In this document: in pieces, positions 23,101 to 33,919 of the stretch
Numbering within the stretch: the first letter of the stretch is position 1
How the letters are laid out: every line of letters begins with the position of its first letter
From: Phallusia mammillata
Taxonomy: Eukaryota
Assembly: GCA_965637545.1 (NCBI GenBank)
Contig: OZ281498.1
Location: forward strand, 11,346,001 to 11,410,000
DNA: 64,000 nucleotides
Direction of reading: 5' to 3'
Notes under the pieces: model-generated
The model's database searches: none
Seen by the model: the letters and a program-made list of their open reading frames with translations, nothing else
Told to the model about the DNA's origin: nothing
Made by a program: the position numbers and the translations under genes

Positions 23101-25178
23101 TTGTAAAGAACTTTGAATATGCTTTTACGAAAATATAATTTGGCGGACTTTTGAAAGCGCTAACGGTTAGAGCTATTCGAGCTGGGTAAGGGTTTATAAA
23201 TAAAATAACACTATAATCTGGTTTATTTTACCCTTGTTGGGCTAGTTTTTTGTCATGTGAGATACATTATGTGATTAGGAACCAATGGACCAACTGTTAA
23301 AAGATTGCTTATAAGGACCACAACACAAATGCAATTCAATGTTAAAAAACGTATAAGTTTAAGCAAGGAAATGCTTCATGCTCACCTTCCACCTTCTCCC
23401 ACATCAATGCTGATGCAAAGGTTTCTTATGTCATCATCATATTCGAGAATTTCTTCCAATAGGTCACAAAACTCACGAACAGATGTAGAAAATGTGTTTA
23501 ACCTTCAATTTATACAATTAATTAATTTTCACATGTTGTACAATTATTCTGAAGTTAAATATAGTCTTGTGTTACCCTAAGCAAGAGTAGTACTAAACAC
23601 TACATAGTAAGCAGTTTTAATGGACAGATAACACTTGTAAATTAAAGTTGCATGAGCAAAAAATATAATTCCAGGACTAAAAGTGTTGATGGTTAGAGGT
23701 ATTCAGTTGGGGATTAAGGATTGTAATTGAAATAACACTATTGTCTCATTGTATTTACCATTTTGAGGTGATCATGTTGTATAAAATGTGGTACCAATTG
23801 GTAAACATGTGGCATTTAGTACCACTCAGCAAGACAATTGTGTGACAAGGATCCCACACAAGATAAAGGTAGGTAGATAAATCATTTTTATCAAAATGCA
23901 ATTGTACATTACTCTTGTACATATAAAACAATACCTCGCACTTTTCTGAAGCAGCACATGTACAAGGGACCTGTCTACAACTAAAGTTTTGGGATCAGTC
24001 AAAACATTTAGTAAGCCAGTTATGTCTGGTTCAGTTTCTTGCAAACTTAGCTTAAAGTTGGAAATCTGTATACAAAAATATGCTTTAAAAAGAAAAACAA
24101 ATTGACCAAGCATTTAGACATACTATGTGCATGAAAATGACTTCAACGGCTCTATATTCTAGAGGCAGATTGCTTGTATACAGGGAAGATCCTGTCAACT
24201 GGCTAGGCAATTTGTTCCAAAATTCTGCAATACCCTCGCTATTACTAATATTTGTCTTTGTTGATAGATAGGGTGGATCTATTAAAAGTACAGCATCGGA
24301 ACATACAATTGCCTTCAGTTTCTGAAACAAAAAGCATCAAACTATAAACAACGGAATCAATCAAACGAGTCTCATGTTAAATCATATTAAGTAACAAGTA
24401 TAAAGACTGTAAAAAAGAACTAATTAACTTGCAGATTGCAATAAAAGGTTACTTTTTATTGCTGTTTCGAGCATGTAAAAGTATTAAAAAAGAAAATACA
24501 TACCTTAAATCTCAAAATTATTTTTCTGTTCCGAACAGTTAGCATGTTTGTGTGCTGGAAACGCATGTCTCTTACAGTTAGACCAAGTTCTTGGTACAAT
24601 ACTGACTTGGATACATCTGATAAGATAGTGCAAAAATAAATGTGTAAATGACCGTACTTTTTCATAGATTACTAAAACTTATCTTTTAGTGATTATGAAC
24701 CACAGATTAGTAACCACTAAATCATACCATAAGCACTTCTTACTCCATCCGATGAAACACAGAACTGAAAACAAGGATGTGTTTTAAATTAGTGATTCTA
24801 GCAGAACATGTTACATCGTTTTTTAGTTCAGAGCAAATGCCTACCACTTGAAACTTCGGAGCATTTTTCGTAAGTCCCACTTTAGGTGGATTTGTGCTTT
24901 CTTGTCTATGCAGCACTAAAGGTAAGGGAAGTAAGGTCATTAGTTACTAAACAAAGTTTGTAAATTTATTTACAACTAACAGAAAAAAGCATCTTCCATA
25001 AAAAACTGCTACGATTTGCTGTGATGCTCATTGCTCAGTAAAAAGTTAGTTTTGTGTTGAGATAAAAATCTTTTAGTGTATAATGTTATTTACCTTGAAA
25101 AATCGTTGTTGTGGTTCTTTTAACACAGTTTGCACACAGCAGAGCCGTTAATCTATTCAAATATTGTGGCAATGACAT
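20155..25178 (-). CDS. MRS2: Mitochondrial magnesium transporter MRS2 (CorA family)
   Basis: About 12 exons from ATG 25178; ELGLTVRDMRFQH, LKAIV, LPLEYRAVE, DEMETLIDSF, IFINLDSHRNLLLRLDLQLTMG, signature AFGMNL, TM2 FWAVSGVMFGGAGIVWRLL; last exon 20511-20155 joins in phase. Confidence 0.9.
21125..21418 (-). mobile_element. Penelope-like pseudo-LTR insertion (inverted partial copy plus tail) in an MRS2 intron
   Basis: Inverted arms ~21154-21233 / ~21341-21420; 29-nt tail 21125-21153; 11-bp TSD ACATACTGCTT at 21114-21124 and 21419-21429; contains hammerhead motif. Confidence 0.75.
21206..21250 (-). ncRNA. Minimal type I hammerhead ribozyme motif
   Basis: Minus strand: TCA-CTGATGA-T-GGCA(tgaacatt)TGCC-GAAA-CG-TT-TGA; core, stem II, palindromic ACGT stem III, short stem I. 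Confidence 0.65.
22684..22723 (-). ncRNA. Minimal hammerhead ribozyme motif (mirror copy, sense to MRS2 pre-mRNA)
   Basis: Exact reverse complement of 22751-22790 in the left palindrome arm. Confidence 0.7.
22751..22790 (+). ncRNA. Minimal type I hammerhead ribozyme motif
   Basis: GACGA-CTGATGA-T-GCCC(TTAC)GGGT-GAAA-TATA-TA-TCGTT: stem I GACGA/TCGTT, intact core, stem II, palindromic ATATAT stem III; predicted cleavage after 22785. Confidence 0.75.
23021..23085. repeat. 10-bp minisatellite (ACCGCATG core)
   Basis: ACCGCATG occurs 5 times at ~10-bp spacing. Confidence 0.7.
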
Positions 25179-25263
25179 GATTCCTAAAAATCTCTCGGCC
25201 GCATTGGCGCTTGCGATTCGAAATTAAAACCAAAGAGGGAAACCACCCGATTGTACTTGTACA

Positions 25264-26257
25264 CAGGGGTTCCCAACCTTTTTACGATCCCGTACCATCT
25301 GGACGCTCTGCACTGCCACACGTACCACCATAGAGCACTAATGTGCTCTACAGCAGTGGTTCCCAACCCAAAGTTGGGTCGCCTGAACATTCTGTTGGGT
25401 CGCTTTTATAGTGACCATTACAGCATCTACTTTTTGACGCCTCGTAGCGTTACTTTTATATTACCTAGTCCTAGGGCTTTAAATTAAATTATTGCCCAAT
25501 AATAAACTTCATCACAATTTGTCGTGATAATGCTTAAAACTGTTTGTGACGTCATAAAGTGGTGTGTTAGCTCACAGTAGAGCGTTGTCTGGCTAATAAT
25601 GCTTCGATTCAGCTCCGAGTTCGGGCTAAATGGAAATGTTTGGTCGAAAAAAACAACAGCGTTTATTCGTTATAAGGTTATTGATTTGCTAGACTGGCGT
25701 AGTAATTTTTAAAAAGCTTTCCGAATTTACAGACACAAAATTCCACCAAAAAACATGTCCATGGGTCGCGAGAAACCACAAAACTAAATTTTTGTAAGTA
25801 TTTGGGTCGCGTTAAAAAAAGGTTGGGAACCACTGCTCTACAGTGCTCTATGGTACCACTTCTTGCAGAACAACTAATTTGTTTGAATCATATTTCATTC
25901 AACGCTATCTTAAGCACCAAAACAGCAGATATATCTATCAAGAGCAATCATTTGACATAATTAACGCCCACTGTGCCGCAGCGTTGTTCGGCTTTTCATA
26001 GCAAGTAGCAACTATGCTTTTTGTTGAGAATTGACATGACCTGTATTTTGAAGATCGTAATGATACGAAACAACAGGAATAGTTACGTAACAATGACAAT
26101 AGGCCTGGGGACTGTTTTTTTGTGAACAAAACCAGACAAACAAAATATTAAGTTGCAAATTGAGGTTTTTGTGAACAAAACAGAAGCTACTCGCGTACCA
26201 CCTGAAAACCCTTCGCGTACCACTAGTGGCACGCGTACCACCGGTTGGGAACCCCTG
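25264..26257. mobile_element. hAT-type MITE (outer element of a triple nest)
   Basis: TIRs CAGGGGTTCCCAACC / GGTTGGGAACCCCTG; subterminal CGCGTACCA repeats; TSD not preserved. Confidence 0.75.
25354..25835. mobile_element. hAT-type MITE (innermost element)
   Basis: TIRs CAGTGGTTCCCAACC / GGTTGGGAACCACTG; perfect 8-bp TSD CTCTACAG; GGGTCGC subterminal repeats. Confidence 0.9.
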
Positions 26258-26474
26258 TAACAGCGTTTCATAGAAATCCTGTTACTACAAGGTTTTATTT
26301 CAACTTTCCGCAAACATAGCTTTTCAAAAACATACGAAGTGTCCAGGAAGCCGAACTGCTTGTTATATAGCCTCAGGTTCGATTTGGATTTATTGCTTTT
26401 AGAAGTTTTCAGATGATTTCGGTTCAGGTTTTGGATTTTGTTCGGGTTCGGACAAATTATATATTCCTTTACGA

Positions 26475-26969
26475 CAGGGGTCTCAAACTCAAACTGCTTT
26501 AAGGGCCAAAAACAAACTTTTAAGTAAGTCGAGGGCCGCACTATCGAAACATTTGTTACAGTGTAACATGACAAACATATTGCGTGATTTAAATCTAAAA
26601 TGTTCATTTATACCATTAACCACATTAAAAACAACACAATAAGAAACAGATATATAGTGTAATTAAGCACAAGAACCAACTGTGCTTTATTGCTTTGTGT
26701 GAAAACAATGACCTTTAATGACGCAACAATGGAAAAATATGACGCAACAATCGAAATTGCTCATTCTAAAGAGGAGCTTATTAATTTTTTTCTATTAAAA
26801 CGCTGCATATATACCACTAACAGAAAGTGATTGTATCTTGTAAACTTACTGATCTGACAGGATATTACGCCTGAGTAAAACACATAACTTCAAAAAGTGA
26901 CTTCGCGGGCCGCACAAAAACACTTGGAGGGCCGCATGCGGCCCGCGGGCCGCGTGTTTGAGACCCCTG
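26475..26969. mobile_element. hAT (Charlie-like) MITE
   Basis: TIRs CAGGGGTCTCAAAC / GTTTGAGACCCCTG; perfect TSD CTTTACGA; GCGGCCCGCGGGCCG subterminal motif; sits within a TTCGGGTTCGG-rich older repeat (~26370-27180). Confidence 0.9.
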
Positions 26970-28586
26970 CTTTACGATATATATACGATATATAGTCAGT
27001 TTTACACGCTATATGTTTTTTTTGTGGTGGCGATCACAAAAAATAGGCTGCATATTTACTGGTTTTGTTCCGGCTTGGGTTTCTAAGAAAATGTAATTTA
27101 CGGTTCGGGCTCGGTTCGGATTTAATAAATTAAAGCGGTTTTCGCACAAACAAAACGGTTTTCGGGTTCGGGTTCAGTTGGTTGATCATTTAATGTAGCT
27201 GTGCTTATGTTAGCAAATCGTCAACAGTTAGTGATAACTGATAAGTGATAAAACCATAACATCGGTTCCAAAGGTAAATCAAAATTGCATAAAAAGAGTA
27301 TCATTAGTCCGTGCATAGTGTTCCTAAGAGTATCATTTCTTTTATAAACCATCGGTAAACACTTGGATTTTTGCAAACCTGATGGTAACAAACTCCAGCA
27401 TCACCTTTTGAGACTAACAAAAAGTTTTTCTGGTGACCTTCTCGCGAGTCGTTTTGCTTTGGTCGGACGGCAAAAGCGATGAAGTCCTGTCTGAACAACC
27501 CCAATTAAAACAGGATTATCGACATAAAAATTATAAAAAACTGCAGCAACTATATGACAACGCAAATACTTTAAAGTTTACAAAAAATATAATGATTCCA
27601 TTATGACAGGCAGAGACCATGACTTAACACCCCAGTGAGCATGAAACCGAATTGATTCAATGTTGAAAAAATGTCAATATAGCCCCTCGATGCCAGTGCC
27701 AGAATTATTCTACTTTAGTTGGGTTGCATTTCGTAATATTTTTGTTGGTTGAGTGTTTGGACACAAGAAAGTGCACAACTTTTAATATTTCATAAAAAAT
27801 GGACTGATGAAAAGTAGCCTAGGTTATTGGTTATTTAACATTTTTGAAAATGTGAACCACTGTTAAGATAGACGTGTTAACAAGTCAGCTGATAACAGTA
27901 TAGTATAACTTACCGGGCGTTTAGTCAACTTCAAGCAAATTCTGGACTAGTCATTTTATGCGTCACATTTCGTTTTTACGCTGCAATGAAGTCAAATCAT
28001 TTGCAGTCTTAGGTAAACACCGCTACTACGCATATGTTCGATATTAACGGGTTTTAAAGAGATAGTACCACTTCTAAAGGTTGTAAACCTATTCACAAAG
28101 GGTTGCTGTTACTTTCTGTTTGGCGATATAAAAACGATGGTGAGCACACCTATTCACAAAGGGTGGTGGTTAGTTTCTGTTTGGCGATATATAAACCAAA
28201 CAGGAGGTCGTGTTTGATTTTTTTCTTTTGAATGTGCGCATTTCAGTCGCAAAATTGAGTGTTGCGCGATTGACCCAGACTGTCTGAGTTTATTGTTCGG
28301 CTCCTGAATTTGGAAAATCACCCGCTGCTTCACTGTATGAAAAAATTCGCGGTTGTTTGGTTGAACTAGTGTCAAGAAGGGCACGGGATGAGTACAGACG
28401 AACGGCCATCGACGGCACTAAGCCTTAGTAATTGAAAACTCGCTTTTTGTGCGAATTTTTACCAGACGTTTTAGACTTTAAAGTTTACGCAATCGAAATG
28501 TGGAAGGGCTATAGTTTGTGGTCACATTTATGTTGTGGCAGGTGTTTTATGATGTGATTTTAAATTTTAGGTTTTCTAAAATCAAA

Positions 28587-31129
28587 ATGAACTCGTGTTT
28601 GAAGTACTTTTTTGTGATCATCAACCTAATCCTACTGGTTAGTGTATTCTTTTATTATTGGTGATGAATTTTCTCGTGTTAACAGTAATTTATTGTTTTG
28701 CAAATTTATTGTACATAGTGACACACGGGTTTTTCTGCGTGGTATTACTGTACGCTGTCGTTCAAGAACCATAAGTTCATTGTAAAAGTTGGTGCGCAAA
28801 TATCCGCATTTAAATTTCCGGGGCAACTTTGTTATAACTTATGTACAGGTTGGAGGTATAGCACTCGTTGGGTTTTCTGTTTGGCTTCAGTATGGATCTG
28901 CTACACATGAAGCACTTAATGCACTAAGGGGAAGTACGATTGTTATTTACTGCTTGCTGGGAGTCGGCGGTGCAATGGCTGCAGTTGGTAAGATTGTCAT
29001 GTTTTCTTCATTTCACGTCAATAAACGTTGTGTAAAACAACTAAAAACAAGCAACAGAATAAATGTACAATCGTAATGCAATAGAAATACAAAATAAAAA
29101 TAAGTAAATATGAATGAATATAAGTTTGTTGACGCTCCAGCGAAACGAAATACTGAAAACTGGGTCAGACAGAAAACATATTTTGATAATGATATAAGTT
29201 TACTGTGCATAAAAACTGAGGTCAAGTTTAGGTCACGTACATATCCAGTCTGGAATATAGTCTTCATGTGCCAATATTTACACAACATGGAGTAAATTTC
29301 TGGCTGTGCATATAGGTTTTATGACTTTATTTCGTATAAGCCCAACACCAGACTTCAATATGTTTATGAATTCAAGGACAATGACTCTTTCTGCCTGAAT
29401 AATAAAATCTCCAAGAATATTTGTTGACAATGCTAAACCACTCAAATTTCGGGGATTTAATGGTGATATAAAATCCACAGCGCTTGAATAGCAATAGTGT
29501 TTGAAGTATGCAGTATGCTTATTACACTGACGTGTGACAAACGACTTTTTCGGTTTATTTAGTTAACATTTATTTTCCAGGTCTGATCGGTGCCCTGGGA
29601 GTCTGCTACGAGTCGCGATGTTTTCTTGGCATCGTAAGTAACGAATAAACTATCTCATCAGATGTTTTCATTACTCTTTGTGTATTCTGAAGTTGAAGTT
29701 CTCAACTTTCAAGAGCGCAAGAAATAATTTGTTAAAAACAACACCTTAGCTATTTGGCCTATGTGTATTTCACCAAAATAACTTCAAGAGTTTAAGTACT
29801 TGGCGACGCAAACAATGGATTTCTAGCAAACCGCCAAAAACAGTTCGGCTTCAATAACATGGTTATGTATCAGCATGACTAACGGTTGACCGTCAAATTA
29901 CCAGTACATGACACTTTGAAATGCATTTGTCGTTTTTAGCATGTGTGACGGCACATGTAATTGTGAACTGAATCATTTTTTTGTCCAGTACTTGGTTGCG
30001 GTCGTTCTCTTTTTGTTGATGGAAGCGACTCTCCTAATCTACAGTATTGCAAACAAGGAAAATTTAAAGGGCCAGATTGAAGTCTTGTGGGGTACCCTTG
30101 AAAATGAGACAAAGTATCTAATCCAAGACAGGGTACGTTTGTAGGCTTTTGTGCACTATTTTCGAACGGTTTTACCTGGATTTAGTTCAACGATAAAATA
30201 TTTATACAATGTGTCAAACCGTTGTATCAATTTCGGATACATTATCGCCTTATGCCTTTTCTTGAAATACCGCCAATCGGTTTATTGGCACAACAACAAC
30301 TCATCATCTTTACAACGTAACACAAACGACTGCTTGAACTCAAGTAATAAGAGTATAAGCTTGTGAGTAAAACTGAAACGTTTTTGTTGCAGTTTAACTG
30401 TTGCGGATACTTGAACGTTTCTGAGTGGAGCGGAAAACTACATGTTTCTTGCCTCAACGACACGGTCGAAAATGGAACTGAACCGTGGAGTGTAAGTTAA
30501 ACACAATTAGTTGGCTATTAGAATCCATTGCTTGTATCATAATACACCTGCTTTTTATTCTTCATTTTTAACATATACGTTATGTAGACATCCTGTTATT
30601 CCAACGTATCGGATTGGATAGACGAAAATATCATCGTACTTGGTGTCATAGCTGGGTTCATCATGTTTTTTGAGGTAAAATAATAATAATTTAAGTCCAA
30701 TGGTTTTAAAACTGTGTAAAATTTTAAACTTTACTGGATAATTTTTTTCAAAGCAAATCAGGATTTGACAGATCTGCATTTGATACCAATAGTAGTGGGG
30801 AAAGCAAATGGAGGTTCAAATTTAAACCCAACCATTACCTTTGGACTTGTCGAGAGTATACGTAAAAATTTGCTCGACGTTTGAAATTTGTTTCATAGCT
30901 CATTCAGATCACTGTCACCTGTTGCCTTATATGTTCGGTGGGAAACTTAAACAAAGTCGACGAGGTGCGACGCGATGAGCCAAGACCGTCGCCTCGGCAC
31001 GAACATCACAGAGAGGACTTAAGAAAGCGGAGTGACCTTGCTTATCGCAATGAAGCTTATGAATACGACCGACGTGATAGTTATTACTATGACATTCATG
31101 GACGAAGACACCGTACTGTAAACATGTGA
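28587..31129 (+). CDS. Tetraspanin (paralogue A)
   Basis: 7 exons (28587-28637, 28849-28987, 29581-29633, 29989-30132, 30393-30491, 30588-30674, 30899-31129); MNSCLKYFFVIINL, GLIGALGVCYESRCFL, FNCCG, HVSC, TSCY, four TM helices. Confidence 0.9.
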
Positions 31130-31593
31130 CAAAAAGAGTGATTTGCATTTCTATTAATTTTTACCAGTTTTAGTTAGTTTTATATTCACTGTTTATTGCC
31201 GCATTGAAGACTGTGCTTTTTATTTTTTATTTTTTTTTGTCTCTAAACGATAATAATGAACGAAACTCTTTAACTCACTCGTTTGAAGTTGTTATTAAAG
31301 TAACTATTTTTTGTATATAAGCTAAAAGCAAAACCTGACTCACACGTACAAAAAAACCTTAATTCAAATATTTTAATTGGATGCTGTACAAACGTCCTAT
31401 AGATTAATATCATTAACTAATATAATATCATTGTTAGACGATTTTTCACCTGATACTAAGTCACCCACTTGGTGACCAGCAACAGAATAACAAAGTGAAA
31501 TGGTAACAAATATAAGACGACTGTCACATGATATTTACACATGCATGTTTGCACAATATGCTACAGTGAGTCAGGAATAAATTGTAACATAGT

Positions 31594-33232
31594 TTAAAGA
31601 CTATGGACCATTATGAAGTCGGACTCGTCTCCGTATTTATCAAGTTGTCGTCGTTCTTCTTTTCTTCGACAAGCTTTTTGTTAGCTCGCTTTAGTCCCAC
31701 AAGCAAATAAACCGTGATGGAAAGTTGCATAATCTGCGTTTTGGCAAGTGCATAGTGCTATTAGAAAAATATTGATGTACCATTTTTGGGTTGTTAATAA
31801 TGCAAAAACTATGTGTATTTACAATGTAATAAACAACCAGCACTTTATTCCTATAACTAGAGGGTTTCCGTTCTGAAGAACAAAATATGAGATGATTAAC
31901 AACTATTGCATCAATATGTGTGACGCACATATGGTACATGAAAGTAAATCTACGTAAACCAATACTCTTATTGAGTCTGACAAAAGTAAAATTGTTTGGT
32001 TGATTGTCACCAATCACTGGAATCTTACCATGAGAAAAAAGAAAAAGCCCACAGCCAACCCAAATGCAATAGCGTTTTCATCAATCCATCTTAGCGTCGA
32101 TGCATAACAACCATTCTAAAACATTAAAATCAAATTTCAAAAATCCTGTGAAACACATGAAGTTGTAAAAATATATAATTTCAATTTAGAGAAATCATTT
32201 TACAAACCGGCCACGGGGTGGTGTTGTTGGGTACCGATGTGTTGAAGCAGGAACTATGCAGTGTGGTAACGTTCCAATCAGTGTGACTCAAGAATCCACA
32301 GCAGTTAAACTACACACATTTATTTAGAACTGATATCTCTCGCTTTTGCAGCCTATCTGACACATTAATCATACCCTAATTTGGATGATGTACTTTGTGT
32401 AGTCGTTCAGCGAGTTCCATACGTTGTTCGTCTGGCTTTTCAACACATCTTTGTTCGCAAGGCCATAAATAAAAATCACTAGCACCAACACAAGGAATGC
32501 TGTGTTCACTAACAAGTACTGAAATGTATTTAGAACTAGTGAACACTGGCCAACTGGTAATTACTACGAATTAACTTACAATACTTAACAGCCACGGCTT
32601 CTGAAATATTCCTCCCAAAACGCCACACAAACCTGAAGCAGAAATGGGTTTTGGTAAAAAAGTGTTGGACCATTATTTGGACATTTGAGGATTAGTAGCC
32701 CGAACCGAAATATATCGAAACGACTCTTAATAAACAACTACTTGACTATTTGTGATCCGTACTTTAAGCATACAAGATTATCTTAAACACTTTATTTCTT
32801 ACAACCATGGTAATGATTTTTCGTAATTACCGACAAACAATGCAAAACAGCCGATGATAAGAACTCCGTAAATCACAACACGACTAGTTTGTTCTACCAC
32901 CAAGATTTCATGTATAGGAGAGCTGTATTGCAGCCAGATCGACAAACCAAGTAACAACAATCCGAAAACCTATACAAAGTCGAACATAAAAAAGGGATTT
33001 GTAAAAGGCTGTTTACATTGGCAGTCTAAAAATGATAGCTTGTTATTCCTGTACATTTAGTAACAGAAATAGTCCAATATAGTCCATGTCAAAACCTTAG
33101 TTTTAAGTTTCAACTTTGTCCCAGAAAGTACACATCATATTCAAAGTGAGTTTTAATTGCAACAAAACGTAGGAAACTTACCAAAAAGAAAATGTTGATC
33201 ACAACAAAAAAGTATCTGGCGCACGAATCCAT
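31594..33232 (-). CDS. Tetraspanin (paralogue B), not visible in the ORF track
   Basis: 7 exons (33232-33182, 32969-32831, 32632-32580, 32518-32375, 32309-32208, 32115-32029, ~31733-31594); MDSCARYFFVVINIF, FNCCG, HSSC, NGCY..WIDEN; same intron positions and phases as paralogue A. Confidence 0.85.
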
Positions 33233-33629
33233 TCTGCGCTGCAGCAACTAAACCTGTAAAACTGTAGCCCGGCCCTAAAACGTTAGTTTTCTAGTAACGT
33301 GCAATTACACGAACGAATGTTATCAAACCTCAAGGCTCGCAAGGAGGTGTAGAATTTCTGGATTGTATTGTCTCGCCAGCACGTGATTTAATGCGTTAAC
33401 AAAGCCAGAGGAAACTTGATCGTCCAAGTGATTGAAACAAGATTCGATGCGTATAGGACATCGTTTTCGGAAAAATACTCAGAACAAAACATCAAGGCTA
33501 CATAACAACACCACTATGGGATCCTTCTGACAGTATGTGATTGCAGTTAGTGTCCCAGCAATTAACAAGCCTAAATCTTATGATTGCTTACATATTCTGT
33601 TCGCATGAAATTTGCGTGTTAATTAGAAC

Positions 33630-33919
33630 TAGAGATGTACCAAATATTCGGTTTGCCGAATTTATTTGGTCGGATCGTGCATTATACAAAGATTCGGTTT
33701 CGGGCTAATAAATTCAGCAAAAGAAAAAAATGGGGTCGATACAGAACTATTCCGCACTATTTGACCGAGAGATGAACTTTGTTTTCCTGTCAGACGCGTA
33801 CGTAAGACTTCGCGTGACATCATAAATGATTCGGTTCATTTGGCAGAATTTTTATCTGCAAAACTGTCGAATATTCGGTTTTAGCCGAACCGAAATTAAG
33901 TCAATTTGGTACATCACTA
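33630..33919. mobile_element. hAT (Ac-like) MITE
   Basis: TIRs TAGAGATGTACCAAAT / ATTTGGTACATCACTA; TSD ATTAGAAC / ATTACAAC; ATTCGG/CCGAA subterminal repeats. Confidence 0.8.

Noticed and set aside
9656-25178. LDAH-CPT1-MRS2 as a functional lipid/mitochondrial gene cluster
   Set aside because: Adjacency alone is weak evidence; LDAH is convergent, and an AATAAA at ~19662 (minus strand) well upstream of CPT1 suggests MRS2 ends separately
26083-26607. 174-aa ORF, and 25938-26129 as a possible MRS2 presequence exon
   Set aside because: Cross MITE boundaries or lie within MITEs; MRS2 already has an in-phase ATG exon at 25178
27800-27830. Other CTGATGA/CTGAAGA occurrences (also ~7288, 37079, 41931, 53168)
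   Set aside because: No stem II plus GAAA plus stem I arrangement, so not hammerheads
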